A stretch of DNA of 64,000 nt. Origin: an uncultured Arcobacter sp. GTDB lineage: Bacteria; Campylobacterota; Campylobacteria; Campylobacterales; Arcobacteraceae. The stretch is taken from assembly GCA_965140705.1 (NCBI GenBank), contig OZ223300.1, forward strand, positions 1,440,001 to 1,504,000. Reading direction: 5' to 3'. Within the stretch, counting starts at the first letter, position 1; the number at the start of each line of letters is the position of its first letter. The notes beneath the pieces are model-generated. The model did not search any database, was not told the origin of the DNA, and saw only the letters and a program-made list of their open reading frames with translations. Of the stretch, positions 9,387 through 19,600 are shown in pieces. Position numbers and translations under genes: made by a program.

Positions 9387-10052
9387 ATGGGTAAAAAACA
9401 CGTTGATGAATTTAATCCTTGGCCACCATTTGTTGATATCTTTTCTTCTGTAATATTGGTTTTGCTACTTTTTTTATTGATTACTATTGTTAATATTGCT
9501 TATTATGCACAGTTTAAATTCAAAGTTGCTTATACTGGAACAATTGCTACAAATGAATTAGTTCTTCAAAACAATGCTCCTCAAGTTTCTAAAAAAGAAA
9601 AAGTTGATGTTAAAGTAGAAGATCCTATTGAAAACCAAGAAAATATTGGTGATATACAAAGTGCTGGAAAAGATTTAAGTAGAATTTATCAAGATGATAA
9701 TACAAAACAAAAAGTAATTTCATCTGATGATTATCTTGTGATTAATTTTGGAAGTGAAACTGTAAAATTAGATGATCCAATTATCGTACAAATTAAAGAC
9801 TTCATTGCAAAAATGAAAAAGAAATATCCTAATAATATTGTTCATGTAAGTGCTGTAGACCCTACAAATCAAATTAGTGCTACAGTGATGAAACAAATAT
9901 CATTAGCTCGTACTTTAAATGCAAGAAATCTTGTAAGAAAACTTAATTATAAAAGAAAAGATGTACAAGTTGATTTATTAAATCCAAAGAGTTTAAATAT
10001 TAATAATAAGAATGAATTTGGTTATATTATTCTTAGAGTAGAGAAGAAGTAG
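9387..10052 (+). CDS. MotB-like single-TM subunit (SiiA-like) with degenerate OmpA-like periplasmic domain
   Basis: NPWPPFVDIFS before the TM with conserved Asp17; ISLART resembles the OmpA LSxxRA motif. Confidence 0.8.
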   Translation: MGKKHVDEFNPWPPFVDIFSSVILVLLLFLLITIVNIAYYAQFKFKVAYTGTIATNELVLQNNAPQVSKKEKVDVKVEDPIENQENIGDIQSAGKDLSRIYQDDNTKQKVISSDDYLVINFGSETVKLDDPIIVQIKDFIAKMKKKYPNNIVHVSAVDPTNQISATVMKQISLARTLNARNLVRKLNYKRKDVQVDLLNPKSLNINNKNEFGYIILRVEKK

Positions 10053-12811
10053 TGTTGAGAAAAATTGAATTATCTATTTTATTTATCTTTATATCGTTTA
10101 ATTTACTGTTTGCTAATAGCTCTGAAAATAAGGAAGAAAGTTTATCTTCAAAAGAGTCTATAAAAGTAGAAGTAACTCCCAAAAAGCTTCTTGAAAAGAC
10201 TAAAGGGATGGAGAGAATTTCAGGAAAAGATACGGGAAAAACTGCAATTGTTTCTAAACCTATTGTAAAAAGTTTAAAAAAGATTTTTGGTGAAGAGACA
10301 ACATCTGATGTTAAAAAATACGAAAAGGTATCATTACTAGATGTAGTATTGGAGACAATTTCAAATAACTATAAAGTAAAAGTTGCTAGGGAAAAAGTAA
10401 GACAAGCCCAAATAGATTTGGATACTGCATACTCAGGATATAAACCAACTATTGATTTAGAATATAGTAATGCTCGTACAAACTTAAATCCAAGTGATGA
10501 TGGACCTAATACTGCTGCAAATAAATATAATGATGAAACATTAAAACTTCAATTAAAACAAAATTTATATTCAGGTGGTGCTACTGAATATAAAATAAAA
10601 GGTCTAAAAAAGAGTTTAGAAGTTGCTAAAAATAGATATGAACTTTCAATTGCAACAGAAATACAAAATGCTATTAAAGCATATTTGGGAGTTGTATTCT
10701 CTCACCAGTCACTGTTAGTTACAGAATCCAATATGAAATCACTTAAAAGAATATTGGAAATAGTTACAACAAAATATAAATTGGGTGCTGCTACTATTGG
10801 AGATTTGAACTCTATTAAGGCTAGTGTTTCAAATGCAGAAACAAAACTTAGTAAAACAAACTCTAAGTTTGTGGAAGCTTTGAGATATTATGAATATATT
10901 GCAGGAGAAAAATTCAAAAATACCTTACCTTATGAGTACAACTTCAAAATAAAGATTGGTGAATTGGATAAATTGATTGAAGAGGGCTTTAAAAATAATT
11001 TAAATATTGTTAGTTATCGATTGACTATTGAATCTGAACGTAATAAGTTAAAAAGTGCACAATCTTCATTTAAACCTAAAGTTGATCTTGAGTTATCTCG
11101 TACAAGAATATTTGCTAAAGATGCTTTACCTGAAGAGCTTTATATTCAAAATAGAACTTCTGCAATGATTAAAATTAAGTATAATTTATATAATGGTGAT
11201 AAAGATTATAACAAAGTTTTATCAGTATATAGTACGATAAGAGAAGTTAACTATAAAATAGAAGAAGAAAAAAGAAAATTAAAATGGATAATTTCAAACT
11301 TGCATCAATCTTTGCATTCACAAGATGATTCTATCCAAAGTACAATTGATGAAGTAGATTCTTCAAATGTTACAGTGGAGTCTTATTGGGAAGCTTTTAA
11401 AAATGGAGAACAAGATTTACTAACACTTTTAACTGCACAAAGACAACTAAATACTGCACAAGTTTCTTTGATAGAATCTTATCAAAATAGGTTAAATGAT
11501 TATTATAAACTATTATTTGAAACAGGTGCTCTTGTAGAACATTTTCAATTAGACCCTACAAAAGATAATTTTATTGATTTTACAAAAAGTAATTATAAAA
11601 AGAAAAATTCAACACTAAGTGCTGAACAAATAGATTTAATGGAATTTGCAAAAAGAAAAGAGAAAAAAGAAAAAGAAACGGCAGTTCAAAAAGTTGATAC
11701 CTTAGAAGATATTCTAAAATTTAAAGATAAATTTTTAGATACTGATGATGATTATTTTACAATTTATATTGGGAAATTCAAATCTATCTATGACACTTTT
11801 AATTATATAAAAAGTAATAAGTTCTCTAAAAAATCTTTTATGGTAGATGAATTAGAAAATTATAAGTTTAAAAATGTTTTAGCCTATGGTATTTTTGAAA
11901 CAAAAAAGGATGCTAATACTGCTTTGGATTCATTGAAAAAAGTTGAAAATAAAAAGTATAAAGTTGTATCAATTGGAAAGATAAAAGATTTATATAAGAA
12001 ATATATAAATGGGTATGATCAATTAAAACCAAAAGAATTAGTTGAGACTAGAACAATTAAAATGGTTCCAAAAGCACCTTCAGAATTCTTCACAAATAAA
12101 GAGTTCAAAGATAAATTTTTATCAGCAAGTGAAGATTACTATACAATTAATCTTGCTACTTTATCAAATCTTGATAGTGTCGTAAGATTAGTTAATCGTG
12201 AGAATCTTTATGATAACTCATTTATTTTTAGATATGGTCCCAAAAAAGAGTGGATAAAAATTGTTTATGGAGTATATGCTAATTATAAAGAAGCAGAACT
12301 TGCCTTATCTTCATTATCTAGTGAGGTAAAAGATAAATATTTTCCTATTGTTGAAAGTATTAAAAATAAACAAGATTTATATAAAAAATATTCTGATTTG
12401 AAATTAGGAACTCCAAGTTTTTCTACGAAAAAAGGAGAATTTGTCAAACTTTCAGAAGAGACAAAAACCCAATTAAGAGATGTGAAAACAAAAAAAGTTA
12501 TTAAAAAGAAAAGTCAAGATAAATCTTCAATAAAAGAAGAGAAAAAAGAACAAAAAGAAGAGAAAAAACAGAAAAAAGAAAAAGAAGAATCAAGATCAGA
12601 AAAATATACTATAAATGCTGTAAAAATCAAAAAAGATAAAGTAGATTGGTTCTTAAATAGGTATGAGGTAAAAGGTTATAATATAAAAGATTTAGGTGCT
12701 GGAGAAGTAGAGATAAATTTGGGTACTTTTGATAGTAAAAAAGATGCTTTAAAAGCTTTAGGTAAATATCATCCATATATCCAATCTAGTGCAAAAATAG
12801 TAAAAGAGTAG
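10052..12811 (+). CDS. TolC family outer-membrane protein with C-terminal triple SPOR-like extension
   Basis: Signal peptide, two OEP repeats (YKPTIDL..QNLYSGG; FKPKVDL..YNLYNG), then three YTI...(Y/L)GxFxxxxxAxxAL modules; GTG start overlaps the upstream TAG. Confidence 0.85.
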   Translation: MLRKIELSILFIFISFNLLFANSSENKEESLSSKESIKVEVTPKKLLEKTKGMERISGKDTGKTAIVSKPIVKSLKKIFGEETTSDVKKYEKVSLLDVVLETISNNYKVKVAREKVRQAQIDLDTAYSGYKPTIDLEYSNARTNLNPSDDGPNTAANKYNDETLKLQLKQNLYSGGATEYKIKGLKKSLEVAKNRYELSIATEIQNAIKAYLGVVFSHQSLLVTESNMKSLKRILEIVTTKYKLGAATIGDLNSIKASVSNAETKLSKTNSKFVEALRYYEYIAGEKFKNTLPYEYNFKIKIGELDKLIEEGFKNNLNIVSYRLTIESERNKLKSAQSSFKPKVDLELSRTRIFAKDALPEELYIQNRTSAMIKIKYNLYNGDKDYNKVLSVYSTIREVNYKIEEEKRKLKWIISNLHQSLHSQDDSIQSTIDEVDSSNVTVESYWEAFKNGEQDLLTLLTAQRQLNTAQVSLIESYQNRLNDYYKLLFETGALVEHFQLDPTKDNFIDFTKSNYKKKNSTLSAEQIDLMEFAKRKEKKEKETAVQKVDTLEDILKFKDKFLDTDDDYFTIYIGKFKSIYDTFNYIKSNKFSKKSFMVDELENYKFKNVLAYGIFETKKDANTALDSLKKVENKKYKVVSIGKIKDLYKKYINGYDQLKPKELVETRTIKMVPKAPSEFFTNKEFKDKFLSASEDYYTINLATLSNLDSVVRLVNRENLYDNSFIFRYGPKKEWIKIVYGVYANYKEAELALSSLSSEVKDKYFPIVESIKNKQDLYKKYSDLKLGTPSFSTKKGEFVKLSEETKTQLRDVKTKKVIKKKSQDKSSIKEEKKEQKEEKKQKKEKEESRSEKYTINAVKIKKDKVDWFLNRYEVKGYNIKDLGAGEVEINLGTFDSKKDALKALGKYHPYIQSSAKIVKE

Positions 12812-12814
12812 TAA

Positions 12815-14941
12815 ATGACAATACGAAATAAGATTTTTATATTTGTAGCTTTTATAGTTATCTCTATATCTTTATTTGTAATATCACTAATGTACTCTTC
12901 TGAAAAAGCACTGATACAATCAAATTTTGAAAAAACTAATCAAAAAAATAGAGAGTTTTTAATAAGTACTTTGCAGAAGAATCTTTTATTAAACCAAGAA
13001 GAAGTAATCAATAATATACTTAATATCACACTAAATAGTACAAATATCAAATATATAAAAATCTTTTTTGAAAACTATTTATTTACAAAAGAGGCATTAA
13101 TAAAAAACTCAATATATCCCCATTATTCAAATTGGAAAGTTAGTGATGTAAGTGTAGATGCTAGAGTAGGGTATGTAAATATTGAACCTAATAATTATTA
13201 TAAATTAAATAATAGTGTAAATTTTAATCCAAAAGAACCCCTATCTCTTAAATTCTTTTTATACAAAGGTGATAAAACATTAAATGCTATTTCTAAATTG
13301 AACTTTTTTTATGAAAAAGCTAGGGAAGGCTTTGATATAAAAAGTATTGATAAAAATCTTATCTCTAGTTCAAATATCTATTTTTTTGATAGAAAACTAG
13401 GTAGGATTGATTATCTAATAGATGAAAGTGTACTGCAAAAGAAATTATCAAAACTAGATTATGATTATTTAATATATACTATTATTGCTATTTTATTAAT
13501 GCTTATAATTATTTATTTGATTTATTATTACTTTTCTAAAAGTGTAACTTTAAAAAATGTTATTATGTTTAAAGAGTATTTAAAAGAGGTTTTAGATACT
13601 AATATGTCAAATAAACCAATGGAAAAAAGTGGAGATCCTAATATTGATGAATCAATAGATTTATTGAGTAAAATCTTAAAAAAATATTCAGCAGTTTTAA
13701 GTGAACTTAATATAAATAAAGACATCTTAGAAAGAAAAGTTTTTACAGATGATTTAACGGGACTACCAAACCAAAAAGTTTTTGAACTAGACTTAAAAAA
13801 CATGTTTATATTAGCTTCTAGTGGTTATATTGGTTTAATTAAACTTGATTGTTTAGGCTCTTTTACGAAAGATAATGGTTCAGCTTTGGCTAATCATTTA
13901 ATTGAGGAATTTTCTAATACTGTACAAAATAAATTTTCAGAGCATGGCTTTAGTAAATCTACTTTTTATAGATTTTTTGGTTCAGAGTTTGCAATAATAA
14001 TTAAAGATGAAAATGAAGATAAAGTAAAAGATTATTGCATTGATTTAGAAGAAGAGTTTAATGAAGTAAAAGAAAGATATGAGATAAAAGATAAATTAGC
14101 TTATTTTAGTTTTATTCCATTTGATAAATATGGAACAATAAACTCTATTCTTCAATCTATGACAGAATCTTATAACAAAGTAAAAGATAGTGGAGAAACT
14201 TTCAATATTGTTAACTCATCAGAGGTATTAGATAAGTTTTTACTTTTAGAACAAAATGTTCGAGATATAATTAGTAATAACTCCTTTGAAATCACTTTTG
14301 GACTAGATACAAAAAGTAATGGATTTGGTGAAAAAACTATCATGAGGGAAGTTATTCCTATTATATATGATGAAAACCATGAGAGATTTCAAATTGGAAC
14401 ATTTATATCAATCTGTGAAAAAATTGATATGGCAATTGATTTTGATAAATTGGTTATTCAGAAGGTTGTTCAATATATCAAATCAAATGAAATAAGTCAT
14501 GTTGTAGCTATAAATTTATCACTTTTTTCATTAAGAGATAAAGAGTTTATTAATTGGTTGCATTCATTGCTAATTTTAGATAAAGATATTACAAAGTATT
14601 TAGTATTTAGTTTAACTTCTTATAATGTTTCAACTAATATTGATGTATTTAGAAACTTTGTAAGTGAGGTTCATAGATTTGGAGCAAAAGTTATTTTGAA
14701 AAGATATAGTTCAAATGATTTTACACTTGATGAGTTGAAAAGTTTTAAATTGGATTATTTAAGAATTAATAAGGACTATACGACAAATGTCTCAAATGAT
14801 AGGGACAAGAAACATTTTTTAAGATCAATAGTTAATTTTGGGCAAGCAAATAATACTCTTATCTTAGGAGATAATATAAAAGATTTAAATGATTTAGAAA
14901 TCTGTTATGCTATGGGTATTGATGGGAATAGTAGTTATTAA
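12815..14941 (+). CDS. LapD-like inner-membrane c-di-GMP receptor (degenerate GGDEF + EAL)
   Basis: Two TMs flanking a periplasmic domain, DDLTGLPN, RFFGSEF in place of GGDEF, REVIP in place of EAL, LKRYS in place of LDDFG. Confidence 0.8.
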   Translation: MTIRNKIFIFVAFIVISISLFVISLMYSSEKALIQSNFEKTNQKNREFLISTLQKNLLLNQEEVINNILNITLNSTNIKYIKIFFENYLFTKEALIKNSIYPHYSNWKVSDVSVDARVGYVNIEPNNYYKLNNSVNFNPKEPLSLKFFLYKGDKTLNAISKLNFFYEKAREGFDIKSIDKNLISSSNIYFFDRKLGRIDYLIDESVLQKKLSKLDYDYLIYTIIAILLMLIIIYLIYYYFSKSVTLKNVIMFKEYLKEVLDTNMSNKPMEKSGDPNIDESIDLLSKILKKYSAVLSELNINKDILERKVFTDDLTGLPNQKVFELDLKNMFILASSGYIGLIKLDCLGSFTKDNGSALANHLIEEFSNTVQNKFSEHGFSKSTFYRFFGSEFAIIIKDENEDKVKDYCIDLEEEFNEVKERYEIKDKLAYFSFIPFDKYGTINSILQSMTESYNKVKDSGETFNIVNSSEVLDKFLLLEQNVRDIISNNSFEITFGLDTKSNGFGEKTIMREVIPIIYDENHERFQIGTFISICEKIDMAIDFDKLVIQKVVQYIKSNEISHVVAINLSLFSLRDKEFINWLHSLLILDKDITKYLVFSLTSYNVSTNIDVFRNFVSEVHRFGAKVILKRYSSNDFTLDELKSFKLDYLRINKDYTTNVSNDRDKKHFLRSIVNFGQANNTLILGDNIKDLNDLEICYAMGIDGNSSY

Positions 14942-15534
14942 TGAAAGGTTTAAATATGAAGTTTTTTTATCTAGGTGCAATTTTAATACTTCTATTATTT
15001 AATGGATGTGCAAATAAAGAATTAGTTACAAATAGATATTTTAAAGCATATACAAAAGACGAAGTTTTAAACGCTAGTAAATTGGCTTTTAGAGATGTTC
15101 CAAATAGTGAATATATTGTTGACTCTTACAGAGATAAACTTGAAGTTACTAAAATAGAGTTATTCTATGATATCTTAAAGAAAAAAGAGTATGTCCTAAA
15201 AGTTGATGAGGATAACTGTGGTACAAGTGCTGCTTTAGAGATAAAGACAAGCGATTCAGATGGAAAAAATCCACAATATGATGATATAGATGATCATAAT
15301 GAAATTTGGGACAGAATAGATTATTTTTTAGGTAAAAGAGATGAAGTTCTTGCTAATGGTAAAAAACTTACTAAAGATAAAAGATTAAATAAAATGTTTA
15401 TTAATTATGTTCAAAATATAACTAATGATAAAATAATCAATCCTACAAAAGATATGAGTAATTGTGTGATTAAAGATGAATTTGCCTTTGGTGTTATAAA
15501 AGATAAAATAGATGAAGAAAATGAAAATAAATAA
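14941..15534 (+). CDS. Lipoprotein of unknown function (start may be the second Met at 14956)
   Basis: MKFFYLGAILILLLFNGC lipobox; AAAGG precedes the second ATG. Confidence 0.7.
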   Translation: MKGLNMKFFYLGAILILLLFNGCANKELVTNRYFKAYTKDEVLNASKLAFRDVPNSEYIVDSYRDKLEVTKIELFYDILKKKEYVLKVDEDNCGTSAALEIKTSDSDGKNPQYDDIDDHNEIWDRIDYFLGKRDEVLANGKKLTKDKRLNKMFINYVQNITNDKIINPTKDMSNCVIKDEFAFGVIKDKIDEENENK

Positions 15535-16471
15535 AATTATTTTAGTATTTGTATTTCTATTTACTCTTCTTCAAGCTGATGAATTTGATGATGCAATAAA
15601 TTTTTACAAAAATAAAGAATATACAAAAGCGTATACTATATTTCATAAATTAGCCAATGAAAATAATCATAAAGCACAGTTTAATTTGGCTCAAATGTAT
15701 AAGAATGGATGGGGAGTTGAAAAGAATTATTTTCAAAGTTTCTATTGGTTAGAAAAATCTTCTGCATCAAATGATCCAAAGACCTTAAATAATTTGGCTT
15801 ATTATTATGAAAGAGGTTTGGGAACTAATAAAAATAAAAAAATGGCCTTGGAATTATATGAACAATCTGCCGATGAAGGTTATGCTATCGCCCAGTTTAA
15901 TTTGGCAATGTTATATGAAGAGTTTAATACAAATGAAGAGTTTTTAAAAAAAGCATTTGAATTATATAATAAATCTGCAAAGCAAGGTTTTATCCCTGCC
16001 CAAAACAATTTAGCAAGATTGTATTACTTTGGACAAGGTGTAAAAAAAGATTTAGATAAAGCCTTTTATTGGTATAAAACAGCTGCTAAAGTTGATAAAG
16101 ATGTTGCTGCTTTTAATCTTGCTTTGATGTATTATAATGGTGAGGGGACAAAAAAAGATTATGACAAAACCCTCTATTGGTTAAAAATATCTGCAAATTA
16201 TGGAAATAAGTTTGCACAAACACAATTAGCGGACTTTTATAGAGCAGGGGAGATACTTAATCAAAGTTATAAAGATGCTTTCTTTTGGTATTTTGAAGCA
16301 GCTGCAAATGGTTATGCTAAAGCAGAGTATTATGTGGGCTTGTTTTACTATGAAGGACATGGTGTAGAACAAGATAAAGGTACAGGACTTTTTTGGATGG
16401 AAAAATCAAAAAATCAAAATTATGTATTTGCTAAATCCTTTCTAGAAAGATTAAAAAATAATTCAAAATAA
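15512..16471 (+). CDS. Secreted Sel1-repeat protein
   Basis: Signal peptide and about 7 AQFNLAxMYxxGxGVxKxxxxAxxW repeats. Confidence 0.92.
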   Translation: MKKMKINKIILVFVFLFTLLQADEFDDAINFYKNKEYTKAYTIFHKLANENNHKAQFNLAQMYKNGWGVEKNYFQSFYWLEKSSASNDPKTLNNLAYYYERGLGTNKNKKMALELYEQSADEGYAIAQFNLAMLYEEFNTNEEFLKKAFELYNKSAKQGFIPAQNNLARLYYFGQGVKKDLDKAFYWYKTAAKVDKDVAAFNLALMYYNGEGTKKDYDKTLYWLKISANYGNKFAQTQLADFYRAGEILNQSYKDAFFWYFEAAANGYAKAEYYVGLFYYEGHGVEQDKGTGLFWMEKSKNQNYVFAKSFLERLKNNSK

Positions 16472-16607
16472 ACCTTCTTTAACTGTAATAGACACGCCTC
16501 AAATAAAGATTACAAATAAATAACTAATTTAGATGTAATTTATTGAAAATTATAATTAAAAGAAGTTATTCTTAAGTTTATATAAGATTAAAAATTTAGT
16601 TTCTCTT

Positions 16608-16646
16608 TGCTATAATATAGTATAAACTAGCGCAGAGGTTTTAAAA
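16608..16646 (+). promoter_or_regulatory. Extended -10 promoter and RBS of the giant gene
   Basis: TGcTATAAT at 16608-16616 and GAGG at 16635-16638, 8 nt before TTG 16647. Confidence 0.65.
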
Positions 16647-19600
16647 TTGGCAACTAATAATCAATCAACTCAAACAGCACAAAAAATCAATCCCCAAACA
16701 AGTGATGTCACACTAAATGATAAAAATATTTTAGATTACAAAAGTGATAAAGTTGTTATTAAAGAGCAACCTGACAAAGGAGAGAATGTTGCTGTTTATG
16801 TTCGTCCTGGTGATGAAGTTGATTATGATATTAATGGCCTTAATATTGATAAGTTGGATTATCGTTTAGTTGGTGGTGATATTGTTGTTACTATGCCCAA
16901 AGGTGGACATTTAACTTTTGTATCTATGGCCTTAATGGGATATAGTGATAACCCTCCATCTTTTAAAGGAGTAGGTGGGCAAAGTTTTTCTTTAGGACAA
17001 GTTCTATCTCAAGTTGAAGAAGTAAATGACTTACCAATGAACTCTTTACCTGTTGAAGCTGATATTCAACATGAAGATAAAGTAAAAAAAATTGTTGATG
17101 AATTAGAAGAGAAGATTGAAAAAGTCAATCAAATTATTGTAGAACAAGAGATTATGAACGAAAATGATCATAAAGATGATATGGTTTCTAATTTTGATTT
17201 TTCTGAACCTCCTACTCCTAATAAAGAACCTGAAGAAAATCAATATACAAATGATGATCCTAGTAATCCCATAGTAACTCCTGGAGAAAATGCAAAAGTA
17301 GAGGGTGTATTACCTACTCTTACTTTTGATATTAATATTCAACATATTGAAAGTACTCAAGAAATAACAGGTACTGGTACAAATACTCTTTTATCTGTTA
17401 TAGGAGGTGGAGGTTCTCTTTATGCAAATGACTATCCAAGTTCTCCTGCTTTAAGTGAACTTCAAAAACAGACAAATGCCGAGGATTTAGATTATTCTTC
17501 TGTTACAAATAGTATTGCTAAAAAATCTGTAATAACAGCAGATAATCCAGATTTTTTTGGAGAAAATTATACTTCTAGATTAATAAAATTATCCCCTTCT
17601 CAACCTGCAGGATTTGGAGTTACAGTAATAAAAGTAAGTGGTTTACCAGGTGATGTTTCGATTGTAGGAGGTACTGCACAAGGTAATGGTGTTTGGCTTA
17701 TTAATAAAGCTGATGCATTAAATGGTGGTTTTACTGTAAATCCAAATAATGGTGAGATTAATTTTGCAATAAAATATAATACAAATATTGTTGGCTCTGA
17801 AAATTTTGAGATGACAATAGAGGCTGAGTCTGTATGGAGTTTAGATAATGTTCCTGATAGTTTAAAAGCTGATGCTAAAGAACCAGTTTTAACTAGTATT
17901 ACCTTTGAAAATAGTTATGGTGTTAATATAAAAGAAGTTGATCCTGATTCTCCATTAAGCTATAGATATTCTCAAGTTGGTGATAATTCAGATGGATTTG
18001 TTTTAGCTACAAATTTAAATGATAATATTATTAGAACAGGTGATATAGATACTACGGTAATAGGTGGTAGCACTACTGATACAATTTTTGCACAAAGTGG
18101 TGCTGATACACTTAATGGAAATAAAGGTGATGATACTATTGCTCCTGGACTTGGGGATGATACAGTTGATGGTGGAGAGGGTAATGATACTGTTTCTTAT
18201 TCAAACTTGGCTGTTTCAAATGTAGGAGCAGGCGTTGAAGTAGATTTAGATGCACAAAAAGCAGTTGGATCAGGAAATGATACTTTAATCAGTATAGAAA
18301 ACATAATTGGAAGTAGTTTTAGAGATACTCTTTTTGGTAATGATGCTGTAAATATAATTAACGGTGGTGCAGGAAACGACACTATTGATGGTGGATTAGG
18401 AGATGATACACTTTTAGGTGATGCAGGTGATGACACTATAAAAAGTGGTTTTGGTGACAATTATATTGATGGTGGAGTTGGAACTAATACGGTTGATTAC
18501 ACTGATTTAAGCTCTGGAGTAAATGTAAAACTTTTAAGTCCAACTGCAGTAGGTTTTGGTGAAACATGGGGAGAAGCTACTTCAAATACAGGAGTTGATA
18601 AGTTAATCAATATTCAAAATGTTATTGGAAGTAAGTTCGATGATACTTTTAGTGGTGCAGATAATACTAATAATATTTTTGATGGTAATGAAGGAAGTGA
18701 TCTTGTTGATTACAGTTTATATACTTCAAATGCAATAAATGCAAATTTAGAAGAAGGTTGGGTTTTAGGTCAAGGAACAGACACTTTAAAAAAAATTGAG
18801 GCTATTAGAGGGACAGATTTATTAGCTTTTGGTGATACTATTATTGGTTCATCTACTCTTGGCAATACAATTTATGGTATGGCTGGAAATGATACTATCA
18901 AAGGAGTTGGTGGCAATAATACCTTAGATGCAGGCGCTGGAGATGATATTATTTTTAGTGGCACAGGAGATGATATTATTGATGGAGGTACTGGAAATAA
19001 TACTCTTTCTTTTGAAGATATAACAACAGGTGGTGTAACAGTAAGATTAAGTGATACTTCTTCTCAAGATACAGGAAGTGCTGGAAATGATACAATAAAA
19101 AATATACAAAATCTTAAAGGAACAACTTCTAGTGATATCCTTGGTGGTACAGCAAATGATGTAAATATTTTAGATGGACTTGGAGGAAATGACACTGCTG
19201 ATTATAGTTTTCTAAATAGGATAAATAGTGATCAAGGAATATCTGCAAACTTAATTGATGGAACTGTTGATAAAGGTAAAAGTTCACCTGATCAAGTTAT
19301 AAGTATAGAAAATATTATTGGAACCAAAGGAAAAGATGTTTTCATAGGTAATAATTTTGCTAATATTTTTGATGGTGGGGAAGGTGATGATACCTTTACT
19401 GGTAATGGTGGAGATAATACCTTAAAAGGTGGTAGCGGTTCTGATACTGTAATTTATAGTGGTGCAAGTTTTGGAGTAGACTTATCACTTGATAATAGTG
19501 GAAATGGAAGTGCCATAATAGGATCACAAACTGATACTTTAGAATCTATAGAAAATGTAATAGGTTCAAACTATGCAGATACCTTGGTTTCAAATGATAC

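Noticed and set aside
8209..10052. Zorya anti-phage ZorAB or flagellar MotAB
   Set aside because: No zorC/D/E or flagellar genes nearby; the tail is short for ZorA; the genes overlap tolC and the NPWPxFVD motif fits SiiA better
12530..12590. Purine-rich direct repeat (AAAAGAAGAGAAAAAA twice) as a phase-variation tract
   Set aside because: In-frame 21-nt period encoding a Lys/Glu linker; no long homopolymer or poly-G/C tract
16509..16539. ATTACA-N19-TGTAAT inverted repeat upstream of the giant gene promoter
   Set aside because: Six-base arms in very AT-rich DNA are not distinguishable from chance
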